Translations under genes and position numbers: made by a program
From: a virus
DNA: 41,029 nt
Direction: 5' to 3' (one strand)
Virus genome (UHGV): UHGV-0145872
Notes under the pieces: generated by a model
The model's database searches: none
The model's input: the letters and a program-made list of their open reading frames with translations, nothing else
Told to the model about the DNA's origin: nothing
Shown here: positions 1-8,596 of the stretch, piece after piece
Layout of the letters: every line of letters begins with the position of its first letter
Numbering within the stretch: position 1 is the stretch's first letter

Positions 1-951
1 ATGGCATCACTGTCGATTAATACGCTACGCCGAATGAGCATTTGTAAAAGTCAGGCCTGGAAAGATACCCAGCGAATACTGAAGCGTAGTGGACTTGTGT
101 ACAGAGGGGAACGGTCAGAATCGTTTGATCCTGAGAAACATTTTAATCGTTATACGGTGCGTTATCTGTACCTGCTTAACATAATTGCGCTTAAGATAAG
201 GTCGGTTAGTAAATTTTCCTGTTGGATCGAGGTGGGACAATGCCATCGTATGACTGGTAAACATTTATCTCTTAATGCCCCGCCTTTTATGCTGATTCCG
301 CGTAGTATCCGGAGAAAAGTGGATGGATTCAGACAGTCAAAAGGTGAAGCAACCCCAAAATCGGCTCAACCGTTCACGGGCAGTTTGTATGAGGTTTTGA
401 GCAAGGAGAGCGATTCAGCTAAGCTGGACGCATGGATTGCTGAACTGCCTCTGAACTTGCAGGAGGAGGGAAAGGAAATCTCAGTCATGGGATTTAGTCC
501 ACGGGCTGTGGCCCGACCTGTTCTTCGGTCAGCATCCCCGACGTTTGAACTGTTTTATCAGGAGTATCAATCCCTAAGATTAAAATCTGTTTTTAAATTT
601 GAACCAAGATTTGAACAACTTTTAACAAGACTGAGCTTTAGAAAACAATCAATTCTCAGAAAACAACAATACAGGGTTAAATCGCAATTACTGGAGAGAC
701 TGGGGAATGTGTTGTTTTTCACGTCGCTTTATAACCAGGGATGTTTAGAGGAGTTTATAAATGCACTTGTGGAAAAGGAGGACATTTATCTGAAAATGTC
801 CCCTGGGGAGGAAAAGGTGAAAGCACACCAGAAAATGGTTAACTACATTGAAGCGTTCTGCAACAAAATGACGGAAAAATACCTGATGCCCGCAGCAAGC
901 AGACACTACAAAAAGAAGAAAATCGCTAGGAGCGAAAGTGGTGAAAGTTAA
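1..951 (+). CDS. hypothetical protein (316 aa) in AT-rich left flank
   Basis: ORF starts with ATG at window position 1 and ends at 949-951; no motif I recognise; visibly AT-rich compared with the prophage body; convergent with and overlapping the next gene by 4 nt. Confidence 0.35.
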   Translation: MASLSINTLRRMSICKSQAWKDTQRILKRSGLVYRGERSESFDPEKHFNRYTVRYLYLLNIIALKIRSVSKFSCWIEVGQCHRMTGKHLSLNAPPFMLIPRSIRRKVDGFRQSKGEATPKSAQPFTGSLYEVLSKESDSAKLDAWIAELPLNLQEEGKEISVMGFSPRAVARPVLRSASPTFELFYQEYQSLRLKSVFKFEPRFEQLLTRLSFRKQSILRKQQYRVKSQLLERLGNVLFFTSLYNQGCLEEFINALVEKEDIYLKMSPGEEKVKAHQKMVNYIEAFCNKMTEKYLMPAASRHYKKKKIARSESGES

Positions 952-1736
952 TCCAGTCTACCGTACAGAATCAGTTGTTCCAGAATAGCCTGCTGTGTTG
1001 TTTTCCGCTCTCTGGTCAGTCTGTCCAGAGCGCTTTTTGCGGATGGCGATATCTTTACGTTGATTTGTACCCGTTTATCTTTTTTTCCATCGATAAACTG
1101 TTTTCTGAATGCATTGTGCATCTTGTCGAAAAATCTTTCTTTTGCAGCGAATCCTAGGTGAAATTCTTTTGGCGTCAGTAAACAGGGTGTGTCTGTGGGG
1201 AATAACATTTTTAGTAAAACTACAATGGCAATATATCTTTCGTTATCATTTACAGGATTAAACCAGGAAAGATATGTGGGTGAGATACGTGCATCAATAT
1301 ATTCCCATGCCCATTTCAGTTGTTCGGTATTCTTTTTAAGCCATTTGGCTTCGTTTCTCTTTTCGAGTCCCAGCCAGTTTTGATGCATTATTGAGATAAT
1401 CCGATCTGCTTCCCCATAAAGGATTAACGCATTAATCCATTTCCCTATAACATTCAGTCGTGTTTCATGACTTGAAGGAATAATTGTCATGGGGTTATCC
1501 TTCATAACGATCACCCCCTTCAAGGCAGAATTGAACTCAGATTCATTATTAAGTTTAAGTTTTTCGGGAACTGTATGAGACATAATTAACCAGAACCAGA
1601 ATGCTGCAATTTCATTTTTTCTGATCCATTCAGGTATGTGATTATCTGCCAGATTATTATCATTCAATAAATGCTCAGTTGTTTTATTTTTCCAGTCATA
1701 TCTATTCACGTTATAACCGCCTTTATATTGTTTCAT
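948..1736 (-). CDS. hypothetical protein with C-terminal ribbon-helix-helix-like segment
   Basis: Six-frame ORF 948..1823; internal ATG at 1736 is preceded by GAGG about 9 nt upstream, so the start is probably there (262 aa). C-terminal residues (RVQINVKISPSAKSALDRLTRERKTTQQAILEQLI) look like an RHH (beta-strand plus two helices) DNA-binding fold. Confidence 0.35.
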   Translation of the reverse strand: MKQYKGGYNVNRYDWKNKTTEHLLNDNNLADNHIPEWIRKNEIAAFWFWLIMSHTVPEKLKLNNESEFNSALKGVIVMKDNPMTIIPSSHETRLNVIGKWINALILYGEADRIISIMHQNWLGLEKRNEAKWLKKNTEQLKWAWEYIDARISPTYLSWFNPVNDNERYIAIVVLLKMLFPTDTPCLLTPKEFHLGFAAKERFFDKMHNAFRKQFIDGKKDKRVQINVKISPSAKSALDRLTRERKTTQQAILEQLILYGRLD

Positions 1737-2404
1737 CTGATTACGCCTCAATCGTTTTCTTTTCTGGTGATTTTCACCATCACATGTCAGTTGTATATGC
1801 AAGGGAATCAATAAAAATATCACCCTGCAAGCACTTCAAAGCTGATTATGGGGATATTCTAGAACTATTCACAAAACTATTCCAGACATATCAAGAACTA
1901 TTTCTTGATCTATTCATAATAAAATAAAACATGCTATCAACTACGGATCATATCCTCCTTAGGTGTGTCGTTGTACTGTTCGACTGTTCTTGTGGTCAGA
2001 TTAACAATCTGAAGAGTAAAAGCGACAGTAATCTGTCTGTTATAGTGGCGATAAAAACACTGACTGCGCATCCTGTATGTGAAATCCTGTCATGTAGAGC
2101 AGTAAGCAATGACAGACATGCATGTTATATGTGAAGGGGCCGGGAGACGACATAATCAGTATGGCTGTCATTCTGGTTGTAAAACGCGATCACTTTCCGG
2201 GGGTAAAAGATGATATGGAGGTTGACAAACGGTTTGCTTCGGATTGTCTTTTCTGGGGCCTGAAGTACGGGGGCAGAAAAATAATTCCAGAGTAAATCTG
2301 CTCTGTTTTTAGGACAGAAAACTCCATGCTGGCTGTAAAAGTGAAAAATTAACACCCAGTATGTATGGAAGTCTGAAGATGTTGAGAATGTCGGTATGAT
2401 ACTA

Positions 2405-2535
2405 TATACACGTATTTTACTAAGTATTTTTACTAAGCATTTCAGTAAGTGTTATACACGTATTTTCTACTAAGTGTTTTACCAGACATACACGTGTTTT
2501 CATAAACAGCCCTATAAGTGTTTTCATTAAGCATT
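2405..2535. repeat. cluster of degenerate direct repeats; candidate transposase end-binding sites / prophage left terminus
   Basis: TACACGT(A/G)TTTT at about 2408, 2455 and 2489; ACTAAG(T/C) at 2420, 2432, 2468; TAAGTGTTTT at 2471 and 2516; all within a non-coding AT-rich stretch. Confidence 0.45.
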
Positions 2536-3398
2536 GCTGTACACATTGCTTTGTCTGAAACACATCCAGTTTAGTAAATCTTTACGTTAGCTAAAATCAG
2601 TTTAAAGCTGCTGTAAAACCTTTTTGTTTAAGCAATCAATCTGCTATTCGATTTTACTGATGTTGCGTTTAACCTTTTCTGAGTTTTTGTGTTTTTAGTC
2701 GTTAACCTGAGACAAGTGTCTTTACGTAAAAACGCAAATCCGACTGAGATAACCTGGTGTGATTTACGGTGTGCTTGCGACGATTTTGTTAAATGGTTCT
2801 ATGGATGATTTTGTGACGATGAGATTGATGAGATGATTAACTGGCCCTGGTGTTTTTTCTCAGTGCAAGGTGATTATCTTTATCATAAGGCTCTTTTCAG
2901 AAAAAGCGTGATGATTGGTTCTGGTGTTTTGATTCAGATGAGATTTACGTTATCGATGGTTAATCGTTTTTATGGTGTGTTGAAAAGTAACGTTTTCAGG
3001 ATAAGAAAATCGATTCTGATATTGGTGAACTTTGTTCTTGTGGCAGAGTTATCTGTAAACAGGTTTTAAGTGCGCTATTCGGCTCTGTGATTGAGTTGTG
3101 TGGTTAAGCTGTAGGTTTTGGTGTTGTTGTTGATTTGCATTGCCAGGAAGCGTTCTGGTTGCGTTTCTGGTGTTTTGTTCGAATGTTCTGTGGATCCTTT
3201 TCCCTTCAGGCTTTTCTCGTCGTCCATGTCGTTTTTAAATCTATTCATGCTGTTGTTGCGTGTTTTGCTGCTGTGTGCAGGATTATCTTTTCGTTCCGGG
3301 ATGGTTTGTTCCGTTTCAATCACTCTTAATCAGAGAGTTGTAGCATTGCTCAATGCCGGATGCCGTAAAGTTTTACCGCGTTGATGAATGATGTGAAG

Positions 3399-3531
<133 letters not shown>

Positions 3532-3560
3532 CAGAACTCGCTCCAGCCTGATTGCAGATA

Positions 3561-3950
3561 TTACTCTTTTTTCTCCGTATCTACATCGGGTTCATCAGCA
3601 AATAGCTTGCCCTGCATCCGATCCAGTTCTTCTTTTCTTACCCGCTTAACCACGCTGTAGACCCACTGAAGCGAAACACCAAATTTGCGGGCCAGTTCAT
3701 GGTGGTTACGTCCGTTAAACTCCCTGAAGATTTCCCGGTCGCGCTGACTGACCTTCCATACCATGCCCATCGGGAAATAAACGTTTTGCCCGCCCCAGAC
3801 CTGCATCATGCGGTTCGCGACGGCCTGACCAATCTGGTCGGCAATTGCGGGCTCAATATCAATAATCTCGCGAACGGTCTCAGAGGTATGCTGTGCCAGT
3901 TCCACCAGGAGTTCCGGCCCTTTACTTCGAAACTGATTCAGGTCGCTCAT
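3561..3950 (-). CDS. mor: Mor/C-family transcriptional activator (129 aa)
   Basis: C-terminal region (GGQNVYFPMG...FREFNGRNHHELARKFGVSLQWVYSVVKRVRK) matches the conserved core of Mu Mor/C activators as I recall them; same length as Mu Mor; last gene of the early arm. Confidence 0.8.
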   Translation of the reverse strand: MSDLNQFRSKGPELLVELAQHTSETVREIIDIEPAIADQIGQAVANRMMQVWGGQNVYFPMGMVWKVSQRDREIFREFNGRNHHELARKFGVSLQWVYSVVKRVRKEELDRMQGKLFADEPDVDTEKKE

Positions 3951-4413
3951 GTTTTACTCCCGCAGCTCTGTGCTGCCACTTCTTCAGTTTCTCAATAACA
4001 CTGCTTGCCTGTTCAGTATTGAGCCAGCGCAGGGCGCTGATGCCCGTTTCCCGCTTGATCCACCGCGCTAATGCATTTTCTGAACGGTCACGAACAATGC
4101 CGGCAGCAGCCATTTCAAGCCATAGCGCACGGATTTTCCTGGACTGCGGATGGTTATCCAGCGGTAAACCGGAGCTGGCTTTTCCGGCAGGCTTAACGCG
4201 AAAGCCTTTCCTTTTCATGGATTCCAGCACGCAGTTTAGTTGTGTGGTATCCATTCCTTTGGTTGAGGCTTTACCGGTCAGCCCCTGTAACATCTGGCGG
4301 TAGGTGTCTTCATCCATACCCAGTTCATTACGGGCAATATGAATGAGCTGGATAAGACGTTGTTTAGTCATCATCGTTGCTCCTTTTACCTGCGCCACCG
4401 ATATAATCGACAT
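3922..4413 (-). CDS. gemA: GemA-like protein (Mu gp16 family, DUF1018)
   Basis: Position immediately upstream of mor as in Mu; sequence (KQRLIQLIHIARNELGMDEDTYRQML...) resembles the gp16/GemA family from memory; true start may be an internal Met (about 4374). Confidence 0.6.
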   Translation of the reverse strand: MSIISVAQVKGATMMTKQRLIQLIHIARNELGMDEDTYRQMLQGLTGKASTKGMDTTQLNCVLESMKRKGFRVKPAGKASSGLPLDNHPQSRKIRALWLEMAAAGIVRDRSENALARWIKRETGISALRWLNTEQASSVIEKLKKWQHRAAGVKHERPESVSK

Positions 4414-4579
4414 ATAAAGGAAGCGCCACAGGCCAGCACAGGAACATCACCGACCAGCTAATCCAGTAGCCGGCACCACTGTAACGTGAATAAAACCCTG
4501 AACGGCGGTGCAGTTCAGCAGTACACCAACCGGCAAAACAATACCAGAACAGGGCACATACAACAGATTCAGCCGTCAT
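4364..4579 (-). CDS. small membrane protein (about 71 aa, two predicted TM helices)
   Basis: Internal Met of ORF 4364..4735; hydrophobic segments VVCALFWYCFAGW and WISWSVMFLCWPVALPL; choice among overlapping frames is uncertain. Confidence 0.3.
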   Translation of the reverse strand: MTAESVVCALFWYCFAGWCTAELHRRSGFYSRYSGAGYWISWSVMFLCWPVALPLYVDYIGGAGKRSNDDD

Positions 4580-4799
4580 TCTGAATATCCCCCCAACTGA
4601 TATGAATATTACGGGCAGCAATGACAGGGTCGTTATTCCACCATGCACCTGACATGTATTTTTCAACCTGTTCGCGTCCGGCAATAACACCAATTGTGAT
4701 CCCCGGCCTGACGTTCTTAAAAAAGGCGCGGGCAAAAAGGTATCTGGCAGATATTCGGCAGGCTTTTAATTTCCGGCTGTTACCTGATAGCGTAATCAT
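4569..4799 (-). CDS. hypothetical small protein (76 aa)
   Basis: ORF fills the gap between the 239 aa gene and the gemA region on the coding strand of the early operon; no motif. Confidence 0.3.
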   Translation of the reverse strand: MITLSGNSRKLKACRISARYLFARAFFKNVRPGITIGVIAGREQVEKYMSGAWWNNDPVIAARNIHISWGDIQNDG

Positions 4800-5515
4800 C
4801 TGGCCTCCAGTTTCTGTTGTTCCTGCCCACTGACCGGGCGGTGCAGTCTGACGTTCTGCCCTTCACGAAACCCCGCATAGCGCGAGGCGTCGCCATTGCG
4901 GCTTCTTCCCGGTTTACGCGCCCTGGTGGTTTGCGTTTGCGGGTATTTATGTTCCAGCCACTGTTGCATCAGTTCACGCTCATCATCGGTCAGGGCAAAG
5001 GACTGTATTTCACTGATAACGGCCAGTACCCAGCCTTCAGCAAACTGGTTTCCACGGCTGGTACGGGTGGCGTTTTTTATTCTTTTGTTCTGTGCGCTGA
5101 TATACTGCTGACGCGCCTTTTTCAGTTGGCGGACCAGCACTTCCCAGGTGTACGCAGCCAGTGCCGCTCGTTCCCGGTTACCGTAGAACCCCACAGACGG
5201 ATGCGTGCCGGGGTGAATGATGGAGTTAACACCAAATGCCTCGCGGATGATGTTCATCAGGCCCAGCATGTAGCGCGGTGGACGGAGACTGCCTGTCGGC
5301 CAGTAATGACTGATGGTTTCATCAATATCACTCATAGCAATGTCGGAATGTGTGATGCCGTGAACATCCATCAGTTTACGGGCTCGGCGCAGTGCCAGAG
5401 CGGCCTCGTGCGGGTTGCCGGATGCGGCCAGCGCCAGCAACTTTTTCAGTTTCTCAATGTGTTTATTCTGGTCTGTCATTGTTCTGTATCTCCGGTATTT
5501 TTCTGCCGTTTCCAT
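4796..5515 (-). CDS. conserved phage protein, DUF2786-like N-terminus (239 aa)
   Basis: N-terminal KHIEKLKKLLALAASGNPHEAALALRRARKLM motif resembles the DUF2786 family common in prophage early regions (recalled); stop overlaps downstream gene start. Confidence 0.5.
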   Translation of the reverse strand: METAEKYRRYRTMTDQNKHIEKLKKLLALAASGNPHEAALALRRARKLMDVHGITHSDIAMSDIDETISHYWPTGSLRPPRYMLGLMNIIREAFGVNSIIHPGTHPSVGFYGNRERAALAAYTWEVLVRQLKKARQQYISAQNKRIKNATRTSRGNQFAEGWVLAVISEIQSFALTDDERELMQQWLEHKYPQTQTTRARKPGRSRNGDASRYAGFREGQNVRLHRPVSGQEQQKLEAR

Positions 5516-5691
5516 GCCCGGACAGCGTCGGACAGCTCTTTCAGGCTGTATGCTGCTTTAAGCTTTTCCCATAACCACTGTGTTGTTATGTGCATCAGCA
5601 GGGCAGCCAGGGCTGCCCCCGCACTGAGGCATGTCGCCAGGCCAGTAAGAATCAGTGTCCATGCGGTGATTTCCCTGAGTATGTCAGCCAT
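5476..5691 (-). CDS. small membrane protein (71 aa)
   Basis: Single hydrophobic helix WTLILTGLATCLSAGAALAALLM; in early operon orientation. Confidence 0.35.
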   Translation of the reverse strand: MADILREITAWTLILTGLATCLSAGAALAALLMHITTQWLWEKLKAAYSLKELSDAVRAWKRQKNTGDTEQ

Positions 5692-5705
5692 TGAATGCCT
5701 CCCGG

Positions 5706-6002
5706 TTACTCGTTCGTGTAAATCACGCCCAGTCGTGCAGCCAGACGTTCCAGTTTTTTCTGTTTGTGGAAGTCAATCAGCCGGTCCATCCCCTGAAGGC
5801 GCAATTGCTCTGTCATGATTTCCACGTCTGCCAGCTCTGCCGCGAGGTCACTTTCGCTGCCCTGTCCGTTCAGATTGCGGGCAGCACTGGCCGCCAGTTC
5901 AGCGGCCTCTTCTGTCAGTTTCAGGGCCTGTGCGTCCGGCCCGAAACGCTGCAGGGCCAGACGGTAGAGGGCGGTGCGGGTGAGTATGGTGTTCCGTGTC
6001 AT
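5706..6002 (-). CDS. hypothetical early protein (98 aa)
   Basis: ORF in early operon orientation, tightly packed with neighbours. Confidence 0.4.
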   Translation of the reverse strand: MTRNTILTRTALYRLALQRFGPDAQALKLTEEAAELAASAARNLNGQGSESDLAAELADVEIMTEQLRLQGMDRLIDFHKQKKLERLAARLGVIYTNE

Positions 6003-6011
6003 GCCGCGCCC

Positions 6012-6284
6012 TCAGTGCTTCCGGCTGACGGTGATGTGCAGGCCGCCTTCTGCAGTGGTTTCCATCCGGTACGGCACCTCATGCTCTGCCGTGTGGGTGA
6101 GTGTGTTCACCAGTACCTGCAGGGCAGCCGCCTTTCCGTTGGTCGCCACAATGGCCTGAGCGGTCATGCTGATTAGCGCCGTCAGGACGTGCTTCACATC
6201 GGTGAGGTCGCGGCATTCACACTCGTTGACATAGTGTTCAACAAGGGTTCGGGTGCGCTGTCGTGCTTCCTGTGGGGTAATCAT
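6012..6284 (-). CDS. hypothetical early protein (90 aa)
   Basis: ORF in early operon orientation; stop overlaps start of downstream gene. Confidence 0.4.
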   Translation of the reverse strand: MITPQEARQRTRTLVEHYVNECECRDLTDVKHVLTALISMTAQAIVATNGKAAALQVLVNTLTHTAEHEVPYRMETTAEGGLHITVSRKH

Positions 6285-6475
6285 TGCGAGTCCTCCCTGT
6301 CAGGGCGGGAGAATTCCATGACGGGCACGTCTGCCGAAAAATGCTGGCTGCAGTACGGGCAGACCAGGGTGACGCGTACCGCAGGGATGTGGTATTTACC
6401 GGACATCACGGCGATGGCGCTGTGAAAACGCAGGGCTGTTATATCCCTCTCGCACTGAATACATTTAAATATCAT
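6281..6475 (-). CDS. small Cys-rich protein, zinc-ribbon-like (64 aa)
   Basis: Two CxxC pairs (CIQC and CPYC) about 30 residues apart; GAGGAG RBS upstream of the ATG. Confidence 0.4.
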   Translation of the reverse strand: MIFKCIQCERDITALRFHSAIAVMSGKYHIPAVRVTLVCPYCSQHFSADVPVMEFSRPDREDSQ

Positions 6476-6572
6476 GATTTAATTCTCCTCTGTTTCCGGC
6501 GTGCAGAAGCCCGCGGCGCTGACGCCGGAATAAAAAAGAAAATGTTTTTATTAAATAATTAACGTGGTGTGT

Positions 6573-7103
6573 TTACTGCACATCCTGCTCAAAAGGAATT
6601 ATTGAAAAATCCTCAATGTCGCTTTTAATGGAAATACCGGGAATATTTTTCACGGCCTCTTTTTCATTCAGGATAGCGTCTTTATTTATTTCCTCTTTTA
6701 CACGAATAAAGCGCTCAAGCCCCAGACGTCTCAGTAATTCAATAACATTATCCGCCCCACGGATACTGACTGATGGCGGACGGTTTCGCCACTGCACCTC
6801 GCCGGTGGTGAGGTTAGCGAACTTCACCTTCCCGTTGCCGGTCAGTTCATCACGGTGTGCCTCACACCATGTCTGAATACCGGACTGCAGTTCGGCCATG
6901 CGTTTTTTCAGGCTCTCGGTGAGCGGGGCATAACGTGCGGTGATATCGCCAATGGCGTCATTCATTTCTGTTTCAGCCCTGACCAGTTCACGTTGTGCGT
7001 CACCGAGTAGTCTGATTCCCTCAATGACCTCTTCACGTGTCCCCGGCACCCAGAGTGCTGCTGCGGCCTTGATACGTTTTGCACCTTTTGTACTTTTTGC
7101 CAT
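6573..7103 (-). CDS. gam: Gam host-nuclease inhibitor (Mu Gam family)
   Basis: 176 aa; KRIKAAAALWVP...ETEMNDAIGDIT...WCEAHRDELT...PPSVSIRG...GLERFIR...EEINKDAIL...SIKSDIEDFSIIPFEQ aligns closely by eye to Mu Gam as I recall it. Confidence 0.85.
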   Translation of the reverse strand: MAKSTKGAKRIKAAAALWVPGTREEVIEGIRLLGDAQRELVRAETEMNDAIGDITARYAPLTESLKKRMAELQSGIQTWCEAHRDELTGNGKVKFANLTTGEVQWRNRPPSVSIRGADNVIELLRRLGLERFIRVKEEINKDAILNEKEAVKNIPGISIKSDIEDFSIIPFEQDVQ

Positions 7104-7130
7104 TTTTTATGATTTCTCCAGTTGTGCTGA

Positions 7131-7400
7131 TTACCACAAAGATTCCGGCCACACGACGCGACAGCCGTGCAGTTCGAAAACGCCCTGACGGAAATATCCC
7201 CTGTGGTCATGTCCGGTATACAGATAACAGGCCTTTCCCTGCTCAAGCATGCGCATGCAATGCGCACTCCGGGAAACGCGGATGACAGGTTTGTTACCCC
7301 TGATGGTGATGCTTTGTACATCCGTGTTCGTCGCCTTAAGCGCCATAATGGCTGACTGCACTTTGCTGATTTGCTGGTTGATACCTGTGGTGGATTTCAT
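7131..7400 (-). CDS. hypothetical early protein (89 aa)
   Basis: Exactly fills the gap between the B-like ATPase stop and gam; no motif. Confidence 0.4.
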   Translation of the reverse strand: MKSTTGINQQISKVQSAIMALKATNTDVQSITIRGNKPVIRVSRSAHCMRMLEQGKACYLYTGHDHRGYFRQGVFELHGCRVVWPESLW

Positions 7401-7402
7401 TA

Positions 7403-8596
7403 TTAAACCCCTTTGACAACGTCAGCGTTGACCTGTGGAACCCCGATTTCAGCGGCCAGATTCATGGCGGCTATTACCAGGTTACTGACGGCCAGCGGAT
7501 ACAGCAGGCTGACCATATTTTTACGATGACTTCCCGGATTGCTCAGGCGGGCACGTATGGCATCCACTGCGCTGGCGTCCATAATGTCCGTCAGTTGTTT
7601 ACCGGCCCGTTGCAGTTTGAACGTCAGAAACTCTTCAAGGTTATTGTCCAGAGGCAGAAGTTCGACCACCTCACAGCGCTGAACGACTTCACGGACTTCC
7701 ATATTGCGTTCAGACAGTTTTGTCGCCAGTTCCGGCTGGCCAATCAGCACGATGGACAGCAGTTTTTTGAAACCGGACTCCAGCTCAAAAAAGCGTTTGA
7801 GGTGTTTCAGTGTCGGAATGGGCAGACTGTGGGCCTCCTCAATCACCAGAACGTGGCTGAACCCCGCCTGGCTGCTGTCTTTCAGGACGCGATGCAGCTG
7901 GCGAAAGCGGGCGTCCTGACTGCGTCTGATGCTTTCCAGTGGTGCGATGGTACTGATAATGGCTTCGGCAATCGCTGCTGCCTTCAGGGTTTTCCCTTTC
8001 ACATCGTTGTCTTCCATAGCGATGATGTATGGCTCGATAACAATCACCGGCGCATTCTCGCGGTTGATACGTTCAGTCAGGTCACGGCGCAGCGTGGATT
8101 TACCCGCACCGGACTCACCGATGACGGCCATAAACCCACCATGACGGGCTGTCTGGTACAGCGCCTCACGCACGTAGCGAATGTCCGGAGTGGTGAACAC
8201 ATCATCAGAACCCTGCATGGCTTCGTCGGCGAACGGGTCACGGAAAAGACCAAACGCTTTTTTGGTTGCTGGAAATAACACCTGTTTTTTGAGTAACATA
8301 TTCTCTTCCTCACTGAGGCTCGTTTTATCTGTGGTACCCGCTGTACGGGGCGTGGCCGCGCCCTGTACAGCATCAAAACTCTTCGTTGTATCAATCCCCT
8401 GACTTTCCAGCCAGGACGCAAGACGCCGGCGCACTTCTCCGGGGCTGGTGCGGGGCCACGCGTTATGATTCACAATCTGGGCCAGCGTGGCCTCAGAAAC
8501 ATCGACAGCTCTCGCCACCACCGCCTGTGGAATACGGGCCTCTTTCAGTTGCTGCTTCAGTACCAGCATGTATCCCTCCTCAGTTGCCGTTAACAA
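7403..8596 (-). CDS. transposition-helper AAA+ ATPase (MuB/TniB/ExeA-like)
   Basis: Walker A GESGAGKST and Walker B-like VLVIEEAH; 397 aa; start overlaps the transposase stop (translational coupling). Confidence 0.8.
   Translation of the reverse strand: MLTATEEGYMLVLKQQLKEARIPQAVVARAVDVSEATLAQIVNHNAWPRTSPGEVRRRLASWLESQGIDTTKSFDAVQGAATPRTAGTTDKTSLSEEENMLLKKQVLFPATKKAFGLFRDPFADEAMQGSDDVFTTPDIRYVREALYQTARHGGFMAVIGESGAGKSTLRRDLTERINRENAPVIVIEPYIIAMEDNDVKGKTLKAAAIAEAIISTIAPLESIRRSQDARFRQLHRVLKDSSQAGFSHVLVIEEAHSLPIPTLKHLKRFFELESGFKKLLSIVLIGQPELATKLSERNMEVREVVQRCEVVELLPLDNNLEEFLTFKLQRAGKQLTDIMDASAVDAIRARLSNPGSHRKNMVSLLYPLAVSNLVIAAMNLAAEIGVPQVNADVVKGV

Noticed and set aside
4817-5818. 333 aa ORF on the plus strand across the early region
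   Set aside because: Antisense to several tightly packed early-operon genes and Cys/Arg-rich; shadow ORF
7403-8596. Type II secretion ExeA/GspA-like ATPase (possible virulence factor)
   Set aside because: The Walker-type ATPase sits immediately downstream of, and translationally coupled to, a DDE transposase; a MuB/TniB-type transposition helper is the simpler reading
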